Shown: piece after piece, positions 50,998-64,000 of the stretch
Layout: each line of letters starts with the position of its first letter
Numbering within the stretch: the stretch's first letter is position 1
Origin: Octopus sinensis
Lineage: Eukaryota
DNA length: 64,000 nt
NCBI RefSeq assembly: GCF_006345805.1
Contig: NC_043000.1
Coordinates: 50,468,001-50,532,000, forward strand
Direction of reading: 5' to 3'
Translations under genes and position numbers: made by a program
Notes under the pieces: generated by a model
What the model was told of the DNA's origin: nothing
The model's database searches: none
What the model saw: the letters and a program-made list of their open reading frames with translations, nothing else

Positions 50998-52819
50998 CAT
51001 TCAGTACATATCTTTGAATTTTAGAACATATTATATATCACCTACAACTCAACAAAAAATAAAAATAATAATAAAATATCACAATTTGTATTAGAAAATA
51101 TGTTGAACTCATTTTGAACTGAACATACTTTTGATTATTTTTTGGCCACATATGTGAAACAAAACAAAATCCTGCTTTTACAGTTGATGCTGCTGTGATA
51201 ATTACATATCATGTACAAAGAGTTTTATTTGTGCAATAAGCAAAGTTATATTAATAATTATATGGATATTATTTTAATAGCTGTTAACACAGAATAATAT
51301 AAGTATCAAGGTAAATTATAATGTTACAACGAATTTTCAATTGAGCTGATTGTTCTCAGAAGATTTTTTTTATTGAGCTGCAATATTAGTGAAGTTGTAA
51401 ATAATAATGTAGTTGTAAAAGAGTAAACTTTTGTAAGATTATTCACATTAGATACTCACTGGCACCATATCTGACACTCTTATTAACTGTTTATAATTCA
51501 TTTGTATTACATGTCTATCCCAGAGTAGGTACCTATTGCTTTTGGCTATAGTCCTGAAACAATGTTGTTCAGCCTTAATCATTCTTCAACCTGTTAATAC
51601 TCAATCTATTTCACACTCAAATTTTCAGATTGAATGAATCCATTTTAACTTGTTTCTTTCTTGTATCTGCAGGTTACTTTTGTCTGTATAATTCATTGTA
51701 TCATTACATGTGGGACACATTATTTCTTACAACATATTTCATATACAGAGAAATGCAAAAGGGCTTTTGACAATCGTTTTTTGTTTATTTCAAGGTCTAA
51801 CTACAATGCTATTTCTAGCGACACGTTAAGATACATTTGTTACTTTAATTGTAGAACTTAACTCTTCATGTTTTGTGGCTATAAAATGTGGTAACTGTGT
51901 TATTAATCACATTACATACTGTTAGTGGCTTCATTTTTATTCTTTCATTGATGATGTGTTTAACATTCCTTCATTTGATTGCAAAGCAAATGTATAGTAT
52001 GACATCGATTTATGTCAAGAATATTTAGAACCTAAGGAAATATCTGTGAATATTCTGGTGAATTTTCTACATCTTCAGTTTCTCTTCTAATTTAGTTACC
52101 ATCTCTTAGGTTGACTCTATAACTGACTCTTCTACCGATTGGTGGTAGGCTTTCTTTTTCTATTCATGCAAGTCATCCACTAATCATTTATATCTGCTGA
52201 GAACAAATAATTCAATGCAATTCTTGATGTATTTTTCTGAAATGGTTTAGTTATCTAAAGAAGTTACTTTGACTCCTAGGCTACGTTCTTATCACTAATA
52301 CTGCAATGCATAAAATATGTTGTCTTTTATAATTGTGTAGACTTTAGAGAGAGTGAGCCTTCTTGTACTCTTAATTACAATATTTTATTTAACTTAACTT
52401 AAGCAGAGATTAAAAAATCCAATCAGCAGGATTTGAAAGTATTAATTTTAATTCTATGTGAATTTATTCCTTTAAAGTACAACCTATTTAACTGAAGTCT
52501 AAACAAACTAGATCTAGTTCTTTATAACTATTATACAGATAAGCTATTTTCAAGATAGAATATGGTAAGGTGTGGTTAATAAGTGGGTGGCCAGCCATTA
52601 TTACAAAATTCATAATTCAATTAACAAATCATTATTTCTATCATTTTCGTGGATTAGACAGATGAGGTAGGGCACCCAGCCATAAAAACCATGACAAAGA
52701 AGACACTAGAGCACTTGTTAAATCATCCTGCCCATGCCAGTATGAGAGATGGATATTTAATGATGATGGTGCTAATGGTTTTGAGTGTGAATTTTAAAAC
52801 CTCCTTTGAGAGGTTTAGC

Positions 52820-53340
52820 ACCTTGAGATAATCTGCCAGGCATTTTCCTTCCATATGGATCATCTGGCACATTCTTATCTAGATGTTATCATCCATGTAT
52901 ATTGCATATCACTGTTGTCTCTTATGCACTACATGTGATTCCTCTCAGGCCCAGTTTTTCTCTCAGGTTCATTTCTGCCACATCTCTTACTCATGTACAT
53001 TAATATCACACATCCAATGGTACATGCTTGCTTCATTTCTTTCCAAACTTTATTCATCCTCTGCATTCACTGCCCAGTTTCACTACCATGTAGTATGTTG
53101 TATTGTAATTCATATACAAACATCATACAATCTAGCCTTTACTTGAAGAGAGAATCTTTTTTGACAGAGGTAATAGCTCCCTGAACTTATTCCTCCCTGC
53201 TCTCAGTCTGGATTCTATTCATTCAGAGCAACTTCCTTTTGATAAGATCATTTAGCTTACAGTCGCTGTTAACTGCTACTTCTCTGGAGTTTTCCAAGTA
53301 ACAGAAAGATTTGACTTTTGTCAGATGGTAACCTGAATGT
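52820..53340 (-). mobile_element. RTE-clade LINE relic (RT C-terminal region)
   Basis: Minus-strand fragments KVKSFCYLE..., LLPLSKKILS..., NLREKLGLRGITCS, with stops and frameshifts. Same family as the 41.5 kb relic. Confidence 0.65.
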
Positions 53341-56300
53341 GTTGTATTTCTGAGATAAGATAATCAAATACATTCATTTTTATGTTCTGCAGTCCTTTTT
53401 TATATAATATAGTTGAGCAGATGTAACTGATATTATTTCTATTATCCCAGTACTTTTTCTAATACTGGCTTTGTTAAATATAGTTTTGTGCCATATTACA
53501 AGAAGTTCTAATAAGTGATTTTATTAGTTTAGATACAGGTATGTGTACTTTTTGTGAATGTTAAGTCACATGAAAACCTTTCTTGTTGCTAACCACTTGA
53601 ATATGATATAAGATTGGTAGAACTTTTTTCTTTCAAGCAGATCATGGGAACTAATTTGCTTTTGTGAAAATTGTAAAATACAACTGACAACTGAGCTTGG
53701 GAGTAATTTGGCTCTTTAATCAATCATTTCCCACAAATAAATTTGCCTGTGTTACTAAGAGATGATTAATTAAAAAAGCAAAGATGAAAAATACTTTGTT
53801 TCAAGCCCTTTATTGTATTACTTCAGGTGTTTATAGTAAGGGTCTGTGCTTTTAAATTTATATAATATCAGATCATATAAATCTAATGCAGTAATTAGAT
53901 TTTTACAAAGCATTTAATGACTATTGTTAATTTTAGATTTTTCAAGACATGTTTGGCTTAAAATGAGAAAGTTCATTTTGCTCTCATTTATGAGCAACAG
54001 ACACATGAAAAAGTTCACTTAAATGTATCTAGCAGTGAAGACAGTAAAAAAATGTTGGGTATTTTCTGTGCCTCACAAACAATTATATTCTCAATGATTA
54101 CAATAAGTTTCTCATTAAAAGCATAATTGAGAAGTCTTTGTACAAATTATTTTGCATTAGTATCTAATTGAACAGCAAAATTCCATCAAATATAATGCAG
54201 AGTTTGTTCAGTGTAATTTTTATTCAGTTGCAAAAAGCCTATGAGCCACATCATTCATATGGTGTTCAATTTAAAAGGCAAATTTTGATGCTAAAATTAT
54301 GCCTAAAATTATTGGCCAATTATTTATAATTCTTTCTATCAAATTGATTGAGAAGGTTTTACTGCATTATCTAAATGATCAATTTGGATGTAATCATCTA
54401 TATTCTTCAAGCACAGTTGTGTTTTCATAACGTAGGTCGAGCAATGATATTTACCCAAATTTCCATCTCTTTCTATATTTCTCAGTATTGGGGTTATTTG
54501 TTGTATTCCATGCTGTTATGAAATGATATTTTTTTGTTGTAAATTGTAGACTAAGAATCTGAAATATTTTTCTTTATATTATACTCTCCTCTATAGTTTG
54601 CTCTGGTCATCATTGTCGTCAATGTTGACATGAAAATGATAACCTGTTCATCATCTACAGTAGATTCTTTGATTAATTAAAACAGCAGGGAAAAATATTT
54701 TAATTTGCATTTGTTGATCAATGAACTAATTTATTTGACATTGAGTCCTTAACTTGAGTCGGTTTCAGACAATCAAAATTACAAGTTATACTTTTGAGCA
54801 TATAATAATTTTACAGTTCATTTTATGTTTCTGCTTCCTAGGGTAAATTGGCTTACATATTATGAAATAAAGAGATTTGACTGATGGATTAAGGTACTTA
54901 ATATAGTGTACAGTCAGCAAAGAGTTGAGTGTTTTGCTTCATGTCTGTTAGTGGTACATTAAGTTTTCCTTCGCTTAGCTATAGAATTATCAGATTGGAG
55001 GAGACCACTAAAGTATGCATCAGTTAGTTTGCATCACTGAGTTCAACTTTCTTACATTGGCGATGTGCAGCCTCCTTTTATTTACTTTAGATACCATGCA
55101 TAAAAGCAATCATTTGTGGTACTCATTGCTATTCAAGGTCTTGCAGGATTTACCACGTGCAAGATGGTAAAATATATTTAAGCTTTGATGCTTTATGATG
55201 AATTGAAATGTTTCTAATGATATTTAAGCATATATATATATATATATACATATATACATATATATGATTTTAGTCTGAAATAGTTTAATAATCATTTGAT
55301 GTGAGTAACAAAAGTTAACAATTTGAAAACCATTCAGCTTGAATTTAATTGTTCTTTCTTAAAGGAATACCACTGGATGCACATTTGTGTATTAAGCATA
55401 TTGATTTGGTTTGAATATATTATTGTTTGTGTATGTATGTATGAAAATATGCAACAAAGGAAAGATACTTGAAATGGTGGAATTTGAAGTGAAATATTAT
55501 AAAGCTGGCAAAAAGGATGTTATTCTGAGGTGAAAACACAGACTCAGGAGTAATAATCTTTAATAATCTATTTGAAGTTATTCTCTAAAATTGTCATCAA
55601 TGGACTTGTGAGTGTTCAAAGTACCTAAACATGAATTGAATAAACTTCTGTTAGATATATGTATTCAGTGATATATGTATACTCATATATCCAATAAAAA
55701 TGAACTTATTTATATATACATATCCACATACCGACATGAACATACATATATCAACAATTTTAGAATCTTTAGAGGTTTTTACTTTATAGTTATATTTATA
55801 CTGGGTTACACGCTTCCATTATCCTTTATAAAAATATACTCAAATTCATACACTATTTTCTTTGCTTTGGTTTTGTTAATAGTTGAAAAACAAAGATGTT
55901 TTGAATTTTCATTGCTGAATATCATTGCAGAAATTGATAAGCTGTGTTTCCGGTTTCAGATTAATTTTAAAATTGATTATTTCCGGCCATGTTACACTAT
56001 TTTATCTTTAATAATATAAAACAATCCATTGAGGGGAAATAAGTTATTCTGGATGACTTAAATCTCTAAACTTACAAAGGAAATAATCTTTAAAATCAGT
56101 CTCACTGACTAGTTAGGTGATCACCTGAAGCAAATTAATATTGTGTATCGAATATGAGTTTAGGTTTGTGAATATGCATGCTTCAGTATATGTGAAGGAA
56201 GTAGTTAATAAATGATTAAAATTTCTAAATGAAAATTGATTTATGGTAAAAAGAATTTCAATTAACTAATGTGCATAGGTGTGGGGAATATTTGTTGAGC

Positions 56301-58399
56301 ACTTTTTTATATTATACCTTAGATTAAATCTGTCATGATGTGCTGCATTCAGTACCACACATATGACACAAAACACACACCCGTGTGTGTGCATACATAT
56401 ATATATATAAATATATATACATATACATACATATGTATGTATATGTATATACAGTAGTATTTGTTAATTTGAAGACAAGTGTATACAGGAGATTAAGTGT
56501 TACATCTATTCAATTTATCGCTTCCAATGGAAATTGGGTATGAAACGAAAGACAATTTATGAATTACATTTAAAAAGGAAAATTGTAAATTAGCCTAATG
56601 CAGTTAATGATAGTATTAATATTACTACAAAAATATACATCACTTAATTTAAGAACATTTAGGGCATATTAATTTTTTGAACAAAACGGGATGTGTTTAT
56701 CAAAAACCAAGGATAAAATTATATGATGCTTATACTTTGTTGGATACTACCTAAAATTTCTCAAAATAGAATTGCATCCATGAGATATTCATTGTTTGTT
56801 TTATTATCACATTATTTGAAATTACTTCTCATTTTCCCACTATACAATTTACTCAATATCCTGGATTTCTTTGCTTAAATAATTACATTGACATTTTTGC
56901 ATACATTTTCTCTTGTACAGGCTACTGTTGCACTCGGCAGCACTGTAACTGGTTGCAGCAACCCTTCTCCTCTATATTGTTTGCTGTCAAATTTTATTAT
57001 ATGATTTTGCAAGATCATTTTTTTATGCTGGTGGAAATTACGTATGAAATCAGTGCTCAAAGTTCTAATTTGGCTCACTGGAAGTTGTATGGTGTACAAT
57101 TGTTGGTGGATTGGGAGTTCTTGGTTGGAGAATTCTATACATAACACACACAGGCATTAAGGAAACTGGTGTTTTGTTTTTGTGTGTGTGTTCCTGTGGT
57201 GTTACTTCTCTTTTGCTATTGATATGCAGTTACATAGACTGGATATTTAGTGCAGAATAACTAAGTACAGCTTGGCAAACCATACAAAGCTATTCTGCAT
57301 TAAATGCAACTTTAGGGAAAGATTTCTTTATTTTTAATACATTTTACCAACTTCTGCAGTTTGTTTCTATCAATAATGCCAAGCTTCTGGTCTCTTGTCA
57401 TATTGTATCCTGTTGTATTGCACTTGAAACTAAGTTTCTTTAGATTCTTATTAATTAGTCAAAAATATCCTTGCTATTTTCTTATCTACATAAGACGATG
57501 TAGAATCTGTTACTGAAAGGTTAATGAGATAGATGCCTTTAATATCATGGGATTTTTATTAGATGCATTGAAGATGGAATGTAGAGATTTATTACTGATA
57601 TTGCTATCAACATCAGTAGTAGGTGACAAGTTAAGTTAGGAAATGTCACTACCATCAGCAGTACTTGGGGAGGTAAAATAGAAATGTATTAAAAATAAGA
57701 AAAACTTATGCCACAGATATGATACAGCTAAGTAGAGATTAAATATTTCCTTAATGACAAAACACAAACATATTCTGTACCAAAAATCAGTTTCATCTTT
57801 CCTTTTGTGGGTAATCAGCAACTGTAAATTTGTGTATAAAAAAGGATATCGTCCACATTCTGAAATTCTTTATGTGAAGACTTGACTTGAAGAGGTTTCC
57901 ATTTCTCGAATAGATCCACACAGACACACACACACACACACACTCGTGTATATATACATATGTGCATACATATATAATATTCTTGTCACGGAAGATGTTG
58001 GTGCTTGAATCATATTTCCCATCATTCTGGATATAAAATTCAGGAAATTCAAAAGATATGTCTGACATGAATGAGATCTAGCTCTGACATAGCACAAGAA
58101 GATTTAGTCAGTGTATGTGTGTGTGCGTGCGTGCGTGTGTGTGTGTGTGTGAGTTATATAACTTTCTTATTTTGGAACCTGAGTAAATCGGTATTGCTTA
58201 ATGTCCTAGAATTGTGTCAAAAGAATTTGAACCAACTGACACCAACAGCTAATTTTCAATTCTACCCAACACAAAGTAAATGCATATACATAGACAGAAA
58301 CAGAGACAGATTTATACACTAATTCATAGAAATGTTGAAAAACTGTCAAACGTAGACAGAAAGATGTATGTAGTTATATCAATAGGCAGACATTCATGT

Positions 58400-58696
58400 G
58401 TGTACCTATCTGTCTATCAGCCCGTCTACCCTGCGTAATATCTTTTCTCTGTTGCTTTTATATATCTGTGTAATGTGTGTGTATATAATATATCATATAC
58501 ATCTATGTGTGTATATATATATTGATATATGTATGCACTTGTATAAATACATATAGACACATTTATATAGACACACACATACATATATGTGTATGTATTT
58601 GTGTATATATCTATATGTAAATGTGTCTGTGTACATGCATGTGTGTGTATATATATACACACTATATGCATTTCTAAGTATATATATATATGTATG

Positions 58697-58735
<39 letters not shown>

Positions 58736-58775
58736 AAATGTGCATATGTATATATACATGCATATCCATATATAA
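58400..58775. repeat. Degenerate (TA)/(TG)/(CA) low-complexity tract
   Basis: Directly visible. Confidence 0.85.
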
Positions 58776-59159
58776 GCCAAGAGAATTTTGACGGTAGCTC
58801 AATGGAATAAGATGCTACTCATCTGTGAAGTAGAAGACAGACCTAAAAGTAAGAAAGTCACTTTATTAATATTGTAGCTCTCTGCAGACATGATTTTCTA
58901 ATTCAGATACCTTCAATGGTATGGAATGCACACCAGTTTGTTAAAATATGAAATTTCTTAGCCATACTTTATTGGCATTGTTTAGTTCCTTTCATGTATA
59001 GCATGGTGTACTGATTGATAAACCATTTGACATGAAAAAATTTAGATATTGTTTCTAAAAGCAATCCAGCTCAATCAGAGGAGCATGCTGCCTTTTAATT
59101 ATTTGCCTAAACTATTTTTCTAATTATTTGACTTCCATGTATTCACTCAGTATATTTAA

Positions 59160-59363
59160 CCCTTTCAGATTATTTTGTCAAATAAGTGAATGCAATATGT
59201 TTTAAATTAATCATGCATTATTTCATAGCTTCAAAATTTTGATGTGACTGTTCATTTTTAAAATGACATTCTAAGGTAGGTGTAAGCAGCCAGATCTGAC
59301 AGGTTTGAACATAGAACAAGTAGAATATTTGGGCTAGGTATGGCTAGTTTGAAAGGTAAAGGG
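59160..59363. mobile_element. piggyBac-type MITE
   Basis: TTAA|CCCTTT ... AAAGGG|TTAA. The TTAA duplications are at 59156-59159 and 59364-59367, and the 204-bp interior is non-coding. Confidence 0.7.
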
Positions 59364-60639
59364 TTAATAAATGTCCCTTTATTTGAATAGTTTAGGACAA
59401 TTATAACGTATAATTTTGTTTATTTAAAATTTGTATCCATCCATCTTTTCTGCTCACCGTTCATCGGAGGGTCAAGGGGGGTAGAGTACTCCAGCTCCTC
59501 CTCCATAGGGTTTTACAGAAGTAACCATCATTAATGTCCATAGTACTGGTGCTGTAACCCATCTCAATGCAGAGAAGTAGTCACTCAACCTGATCTCTGA
59601 GGTGACAGTTATATTCAGTAGTTAAGGCATAAACCACAATTTACTAGCAAATCTTCAGAAATAACTTTATCAATTATGTTGAGTTCTGAGATGCTTTGAA
59701 ACATAATTTCAATTCTGTTTTAGTTAAAAATGCACTCCATTATCTGTATGCAGCGATTGAAGATATTATTTGCAAGCAAAATGACTTTATGGGGAAAAAT
59801 AAAAATTTATGTTAATCGACATATGTCAGCATACATTTATATGTCAGTTAAGTTTTTTTTTTTACTAAAATTGAATATATTAATTTACATAGGATTGCTG
59901 AGATTTGTTTTAGATATAAATTAATAATTAACATATCATTATTAAATCCTGGAGGCGCTGCAGTTGCATTTAAAAATAATGATGTATACAATGCATTCTT
60001 GCAACCAAAAAATGAAACAGAACCATGCTGCCAATTTTGAGAGATGCATAATCACTAAACAAAAATGATCTATATTGATATATAGTAAGGAAGACTTTAA
60101 GAATTCATGCCAAGAGGGTTAAACTATTTTTTCTTCTTTATTAACTTGTCTATTTATCTCTTTCAATTTAATACAATATAGCATTTGCTTATTAACTAGA
60201 AGTTATGTTAATTTTCCTTGTTTTGCCATATATATTGAAATACAGAAGCTGTCGTATACTTCATTTTATATTTCATTAAGTATTCTTTTTACCAACTCTT
60301 AATGTTTCCTTTTTTCCAGTATGTTAGGGTCAAAAGTCTAATTTTGTATGCAACTGGGAAATATATGGTCTACTTTTTCGCTAAATATTCCAACAAAAGG
60401 ACAGAACTGTAAAAAGTAAATTGTGCATCAAAATTTCCAGTTTTCTTGATTTATATTCTAAATTCACCTTCTTCATTGTTGTTGCCATTGCTGTTGTTGT
60501 AGTCATTGACGTCGTCGTCACCACCACCACTACCAACAACAATAACAACAACAAACCAGTTTTGACTGGGCTTCATTAACAGTGCACTTTCATTAATCCT
60601 TGTCTCTTACTGCAACTAGTATAAGTTCACATCAGATAA

Positions 60640-60830
60640 GAGTGTTACATTCCAACAGCCCAGTGTATGTTGCTGCAAATCCTCCTTGCTTTCATTTTGA
60701 TTGTGTTGGTTCCCATAATAGCACTTAGTGGATTAATTCATCTTTGCTTCTTCAGCAATGTTCATTGAATGTTAGCTTCTGCTTAGTTGTAGTTATCCTG
60801 GGAATTTTCCCATATAGTTGTTAATGTGTA
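60640..60830 (-). mobile_element. Decayed RTE-like LINE fragment
   Basis: Minus strand reads LYGKIPRIT...FNEHC*RSKDELIH*VLLWEPTQSK*KQG, resembling LYGxLP...AGHCxRxKxE...LLWEPxHGxRxRGRP. Confidence 0.5.
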
Positions 60831-61130
60831 GGCATGGTTGTGAGGTTAAGAAGGTCATTTCTCAACCACGTGGTTTCAGGTTCAGTTCTACTTTATGGTA
60901 TCTTAGGTAGCACTTTTCTACTATAACTTCGAGCTGACAAAAGCCTTGTGAGTAGATTTGGTAGATGGAAACTGAAAGTGTAGGCATGGCTCTGTTTGTG
61001 TCTCCTTCATTTGACATCACAAGATAGTGGTAAACAAGCATCATCGTATATGAACAGAGGTTTTTGTTATTTGTTGTTTCCAATATCCCATGGAAAGATG
61101 TCTAACTATGGATAAATATTACCCTAAGTG
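60827..61130 (+). mobile_element. Family A-related SINE
   Basis: GGTTGTGAGGTTAAGAAG...GGTTCAGTTCTACT...AAAGCCTTGTGAGTAGATTTGGTAGATGGAAACTGAAAG. Confidence 0.7.
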
Positions 61131-61720
61131 AATACAAGTAATGTGATTTAACAACTTTTTCTGTTTTCTTCTCTAACAATTCAAAATATACATATTGCAT
61201 TCTGAGATCCTTCTAAACATAATTTAAGCGCTATAGAGTTAAGAAGGAAGTCTTGTTTTTTGGTCAGTATAACAATTGAGGATATTATTTGTAAACAAAA
61301 TGCCTTTATCATGAAAAAGACAAATGTATGCTGACAGTTAATGCAAATGGAAAATTGATTAAAAAGCTTTAGTTGTTTACTCAGACTGAATTTACTCATT
61401 TATTTCAGATATCAGAGACTCTCTTTTTAGCAATTAAGCAACCAACATATCATTATATTTTTTTTTAATTGATGTATTTTCCATTAATATTGAAATATTT
61501 TAATTAGTACATTGCTCTGGTTTTTCTGAGTTTAATATATTTAATATGTTGTGTTTTATCAACTTAACTTTAATCGAAATAAGGATAACAATGATAGTGG
61601 GTGTAGAATGTTTGGGTGTGGATGTTTGCATGAGAGAATAGATAAAGAAGATGAATGAAATGGTTTGAGAAAAAATATATTCCATGTCTTCAGTATTTTT
61701 ATTAGCACTATAAGTACTAA

Positions 61721-61747
61721 CTAGTGGGATCCATGAATATTTCACAG
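61721..61747 (-). mobile_element. Possible decayed Helitron 3' end
   Basis: A-CTAG followed by CCATGAA-TAT-TTCACAG, readable as a CCGTGAA/TTCACGG hairpin after two CpG decays. The extent of the element to the right is unknown. Confidence 0.3.
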
Positions 61748-63477
61748 AATTAATGGTAAACCTATTGGTGTATTTTTGGAAACTTTATCCAAAAAACCTG
61801 AAAGTGTATCCTGTGTTGCGTCTGTCTGGAAAGACAGCCACTCATCTGTTACTCATTGAAAAGTGAACGCACTTGGAATATGATTATTACTTAATGCACT
61901 TTATATGTACACTTTATGCACAATTTTATAGACATAATACAGAGCACTCATAAAATACGTATTCACTCATATTTTCCCATTTTTCCCATATACAAAAAAT
62001 ATCCAATACATGTGATACAACCTTCAGTTAAATTACATATATCTGCCACATATATAAGTGAGAATATTTCATTGAATTGCACTTATGTACATGCATTAAG
62101 TGATAAGCAATACAAAAAACTTAGTTCAATTTCAAAAAATACAATTTTCACTATTCAATCATCACCACCACCTCCATCATCTCATTCCCCATCTCTCCCC
62201 TCTGTCTGTCTCTCTCCCATCTCTCTCTCTCTCTCTCTCATCTCTCTGCCTTTAACCTCACCATCAGAACATCACCCCTCAGCTAAAATTATCACATTCC
62301 CCCTACCACGCATCATGGACGCCTCTCGCTCTTTTTCTCTCTATTTTCTTTCTCCCTCTTTTGCTGCCTTCTTTTTGTTTCTCCTCTCTTTCACTTCAAC
62401 TAATCTTGTGAAAGTGTTACAATTATACAATTACATTCCTTCTACCTCATGTCATGGATGCTTTTCGCTCTCACTTTTTTCTCCCTCCCTTCTTTCTCTC
62501 TCTCCCTTTTTTCTTTCTCCCTCTTTTTCTCTAACCACATGAAACCAATGGGCTAAGTAATGCAATGACAAGCAGAACTGTTATAAAATTCTCTACACTC
62601 TACTGTTATCCCTTCTCAACTTAGGTTGTTTCTTGTTATTATTAATGGCTGATGATAATGAATATTCTCCATGAAATGCTCAGTCTTTGATTTCAATTTT
62701 CAGCAAGATAAGTTCCTGTAGGAAATTAATTTGAATAAGCTACTTATGCAAAATGACACAAAATTTTAAAATAAAATTATATGATTATGAGCAAATGAAA
62801 ATATTTATATACACTAAGAAAAGAAGATTAATAAATGTTTTCTTTAAAAAAAAATGTCATTACCTTTTCTGTTTATGTCTAAAAATAAATAATAATTTAT
62901 TCTATAAATTTAATTTGTCATCTCAGAGATGCAGCACAGAATTTTGTCAGTGAACAGTTCGTGGTCTCAAAGTGACGAAGATATTTTGACAAATTAAATT
63001 TAAACGTTGAAGTGAATCTAACAGTTTTTGTGTGTTTCTTAAATGGCTTATAAACACCTTCCATGCTGCAATTGTTTTCATTCCAGCACACGATCTCAGA
63101 TCAGGTCACTTCCTATGCAAGTACATCTCTGTAATTTATTCTATCAAAATCTTTTATTTAGTCTATTCATTCCATTAGTTCATTTAAAGCATACAAACTT
63201 GTTTTTATATTTAAAGTTGGAGTGAGTGCAGTAATATATCTGTTTATATATTATTTATTTTTATTTGCTGGGTCTGAACAAAGGGGCATTGTCCACAGCC
63301 ATTTCAAGCTCTTCTAGACTACTTTCTCTTGAACTTTTGCTTGCGAACACCTGAAGAAAAGATACGAAAGGGAAGAAATTTCAGATGACTGATATCCTAG
63401 AACAGAAAAACTGATTGTGGGCCCGAGGGGATTGACGGCAACAAGGATAATGAGAGGCGGTGAGGTTGAGAAACACC

Positions 63478-63590
63478 TGTGAGTTGAGAATGTCTGAGTG
63501 AGAACGCCTGAGTGACAATGACAGTGAGAATGCCTGAGTGAGAATGCCTGGGTTGAGAGTGCCAAGTGGGTTGAGAATACCAGAGTGAAG
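63478..63590. repeat. Degenerate minisatellite, unit about TGAGTGAGAATGCC
   Basis: Repeated TGAGTGAGAA(T/C)GCC and GGTTGAGAA-like units in a GC-richer island. Confidence 0.6.
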
Positions 63591-64000
63591 ATGACATGAA
63601 CCCAATTAACTCTGAGAAGCAAAGGCCATTATAGTTGGTGTAGAAGAAGCAACACATATATAATTGGGGAGCTGGGGCATGTTCTGAGTGACTTTATGCC
63701 AGTCATTTGGCTGGTCTGCTTTTTAGGTGTGACCGAGAATGTCAGTCTGAGCAGCACCATTCCAGTTGTTGGTGCAACATTCCATGTGGGCTTCTCCTGA
63801 ACTCAAGTTTTTCAAAGTGTTAATAATTGTTGTGAGTTGAATTATCACTGGCCCTGAAGAAAAGTGCCTGTTGTTGGACTGCAAACCCAGCTATTTTAAG
63901 AATGATAATACACAATTACAAACTTTGTTTAATGCTAAACTCTTGCATTATTTATGCCTTTTCAAAATGATGTTTATTCAAGTTTCTAATATTTGGGTTT

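Noticed and set aside
54597-54630. HHCRQC resembling the FYVE RRHHCRxCG motif
   Set aside because: Immediately followed by a stop, and the basic residues and other Cys pairs are missing.
61916-62542. 208-aa ORF
   Set aside because: Low-complexity C/T-rich tract yielding S/L/F/P; probably repeat interior.

Overview
Strongly AT-rich eukaryotic DNA dense with microsatellites and decayed transposons. The SINE and LINE families look like those of octopod cephalopods (Octopus); this is recognition from memory, not a database result. I could not support any intact protein-coding gene. Almost every ORF in the supplied track is a read-through of (TA)n/(TATG)n/(CA)n repeats, a SINE, or short random AT-rich sequence, so the window is probably intronic or intergenic. 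Supportable content: (1) three to four SINE-like families in more than 25 copies; (2) several RTE-clade LINE relics, one well preserved with its C-terminal Cys/His knuckle; (3) a degenerate Penelope-like element (PLE) ORF covering the RT-thumb/linker and GIY-YIG region at about 5.6-6.4 kb; (4) a decayed ~1.6 kb IS630/Tc1/mariner-type transposon; (5) Helitron-type non-autonomous elements; (6) a TTAA-flanked piggyBac-type MITE. The most interesting signal is a set of short fold-back (inverted) repeats, two of them next to (TA)n arrays. One (47.06-47.20 kb) contains a nearly canonical minimal type I hammerhead ribozyme plus an inverted, crippled copy of itself. Degenerate hammerhead-like cores occur near the axis of the other fold-backs and at 1.2 kb. 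This suggests a family of non-autonomous, ribozyme-bearing PLE/retrozyme-like elements that tend to sit in microsatellites.
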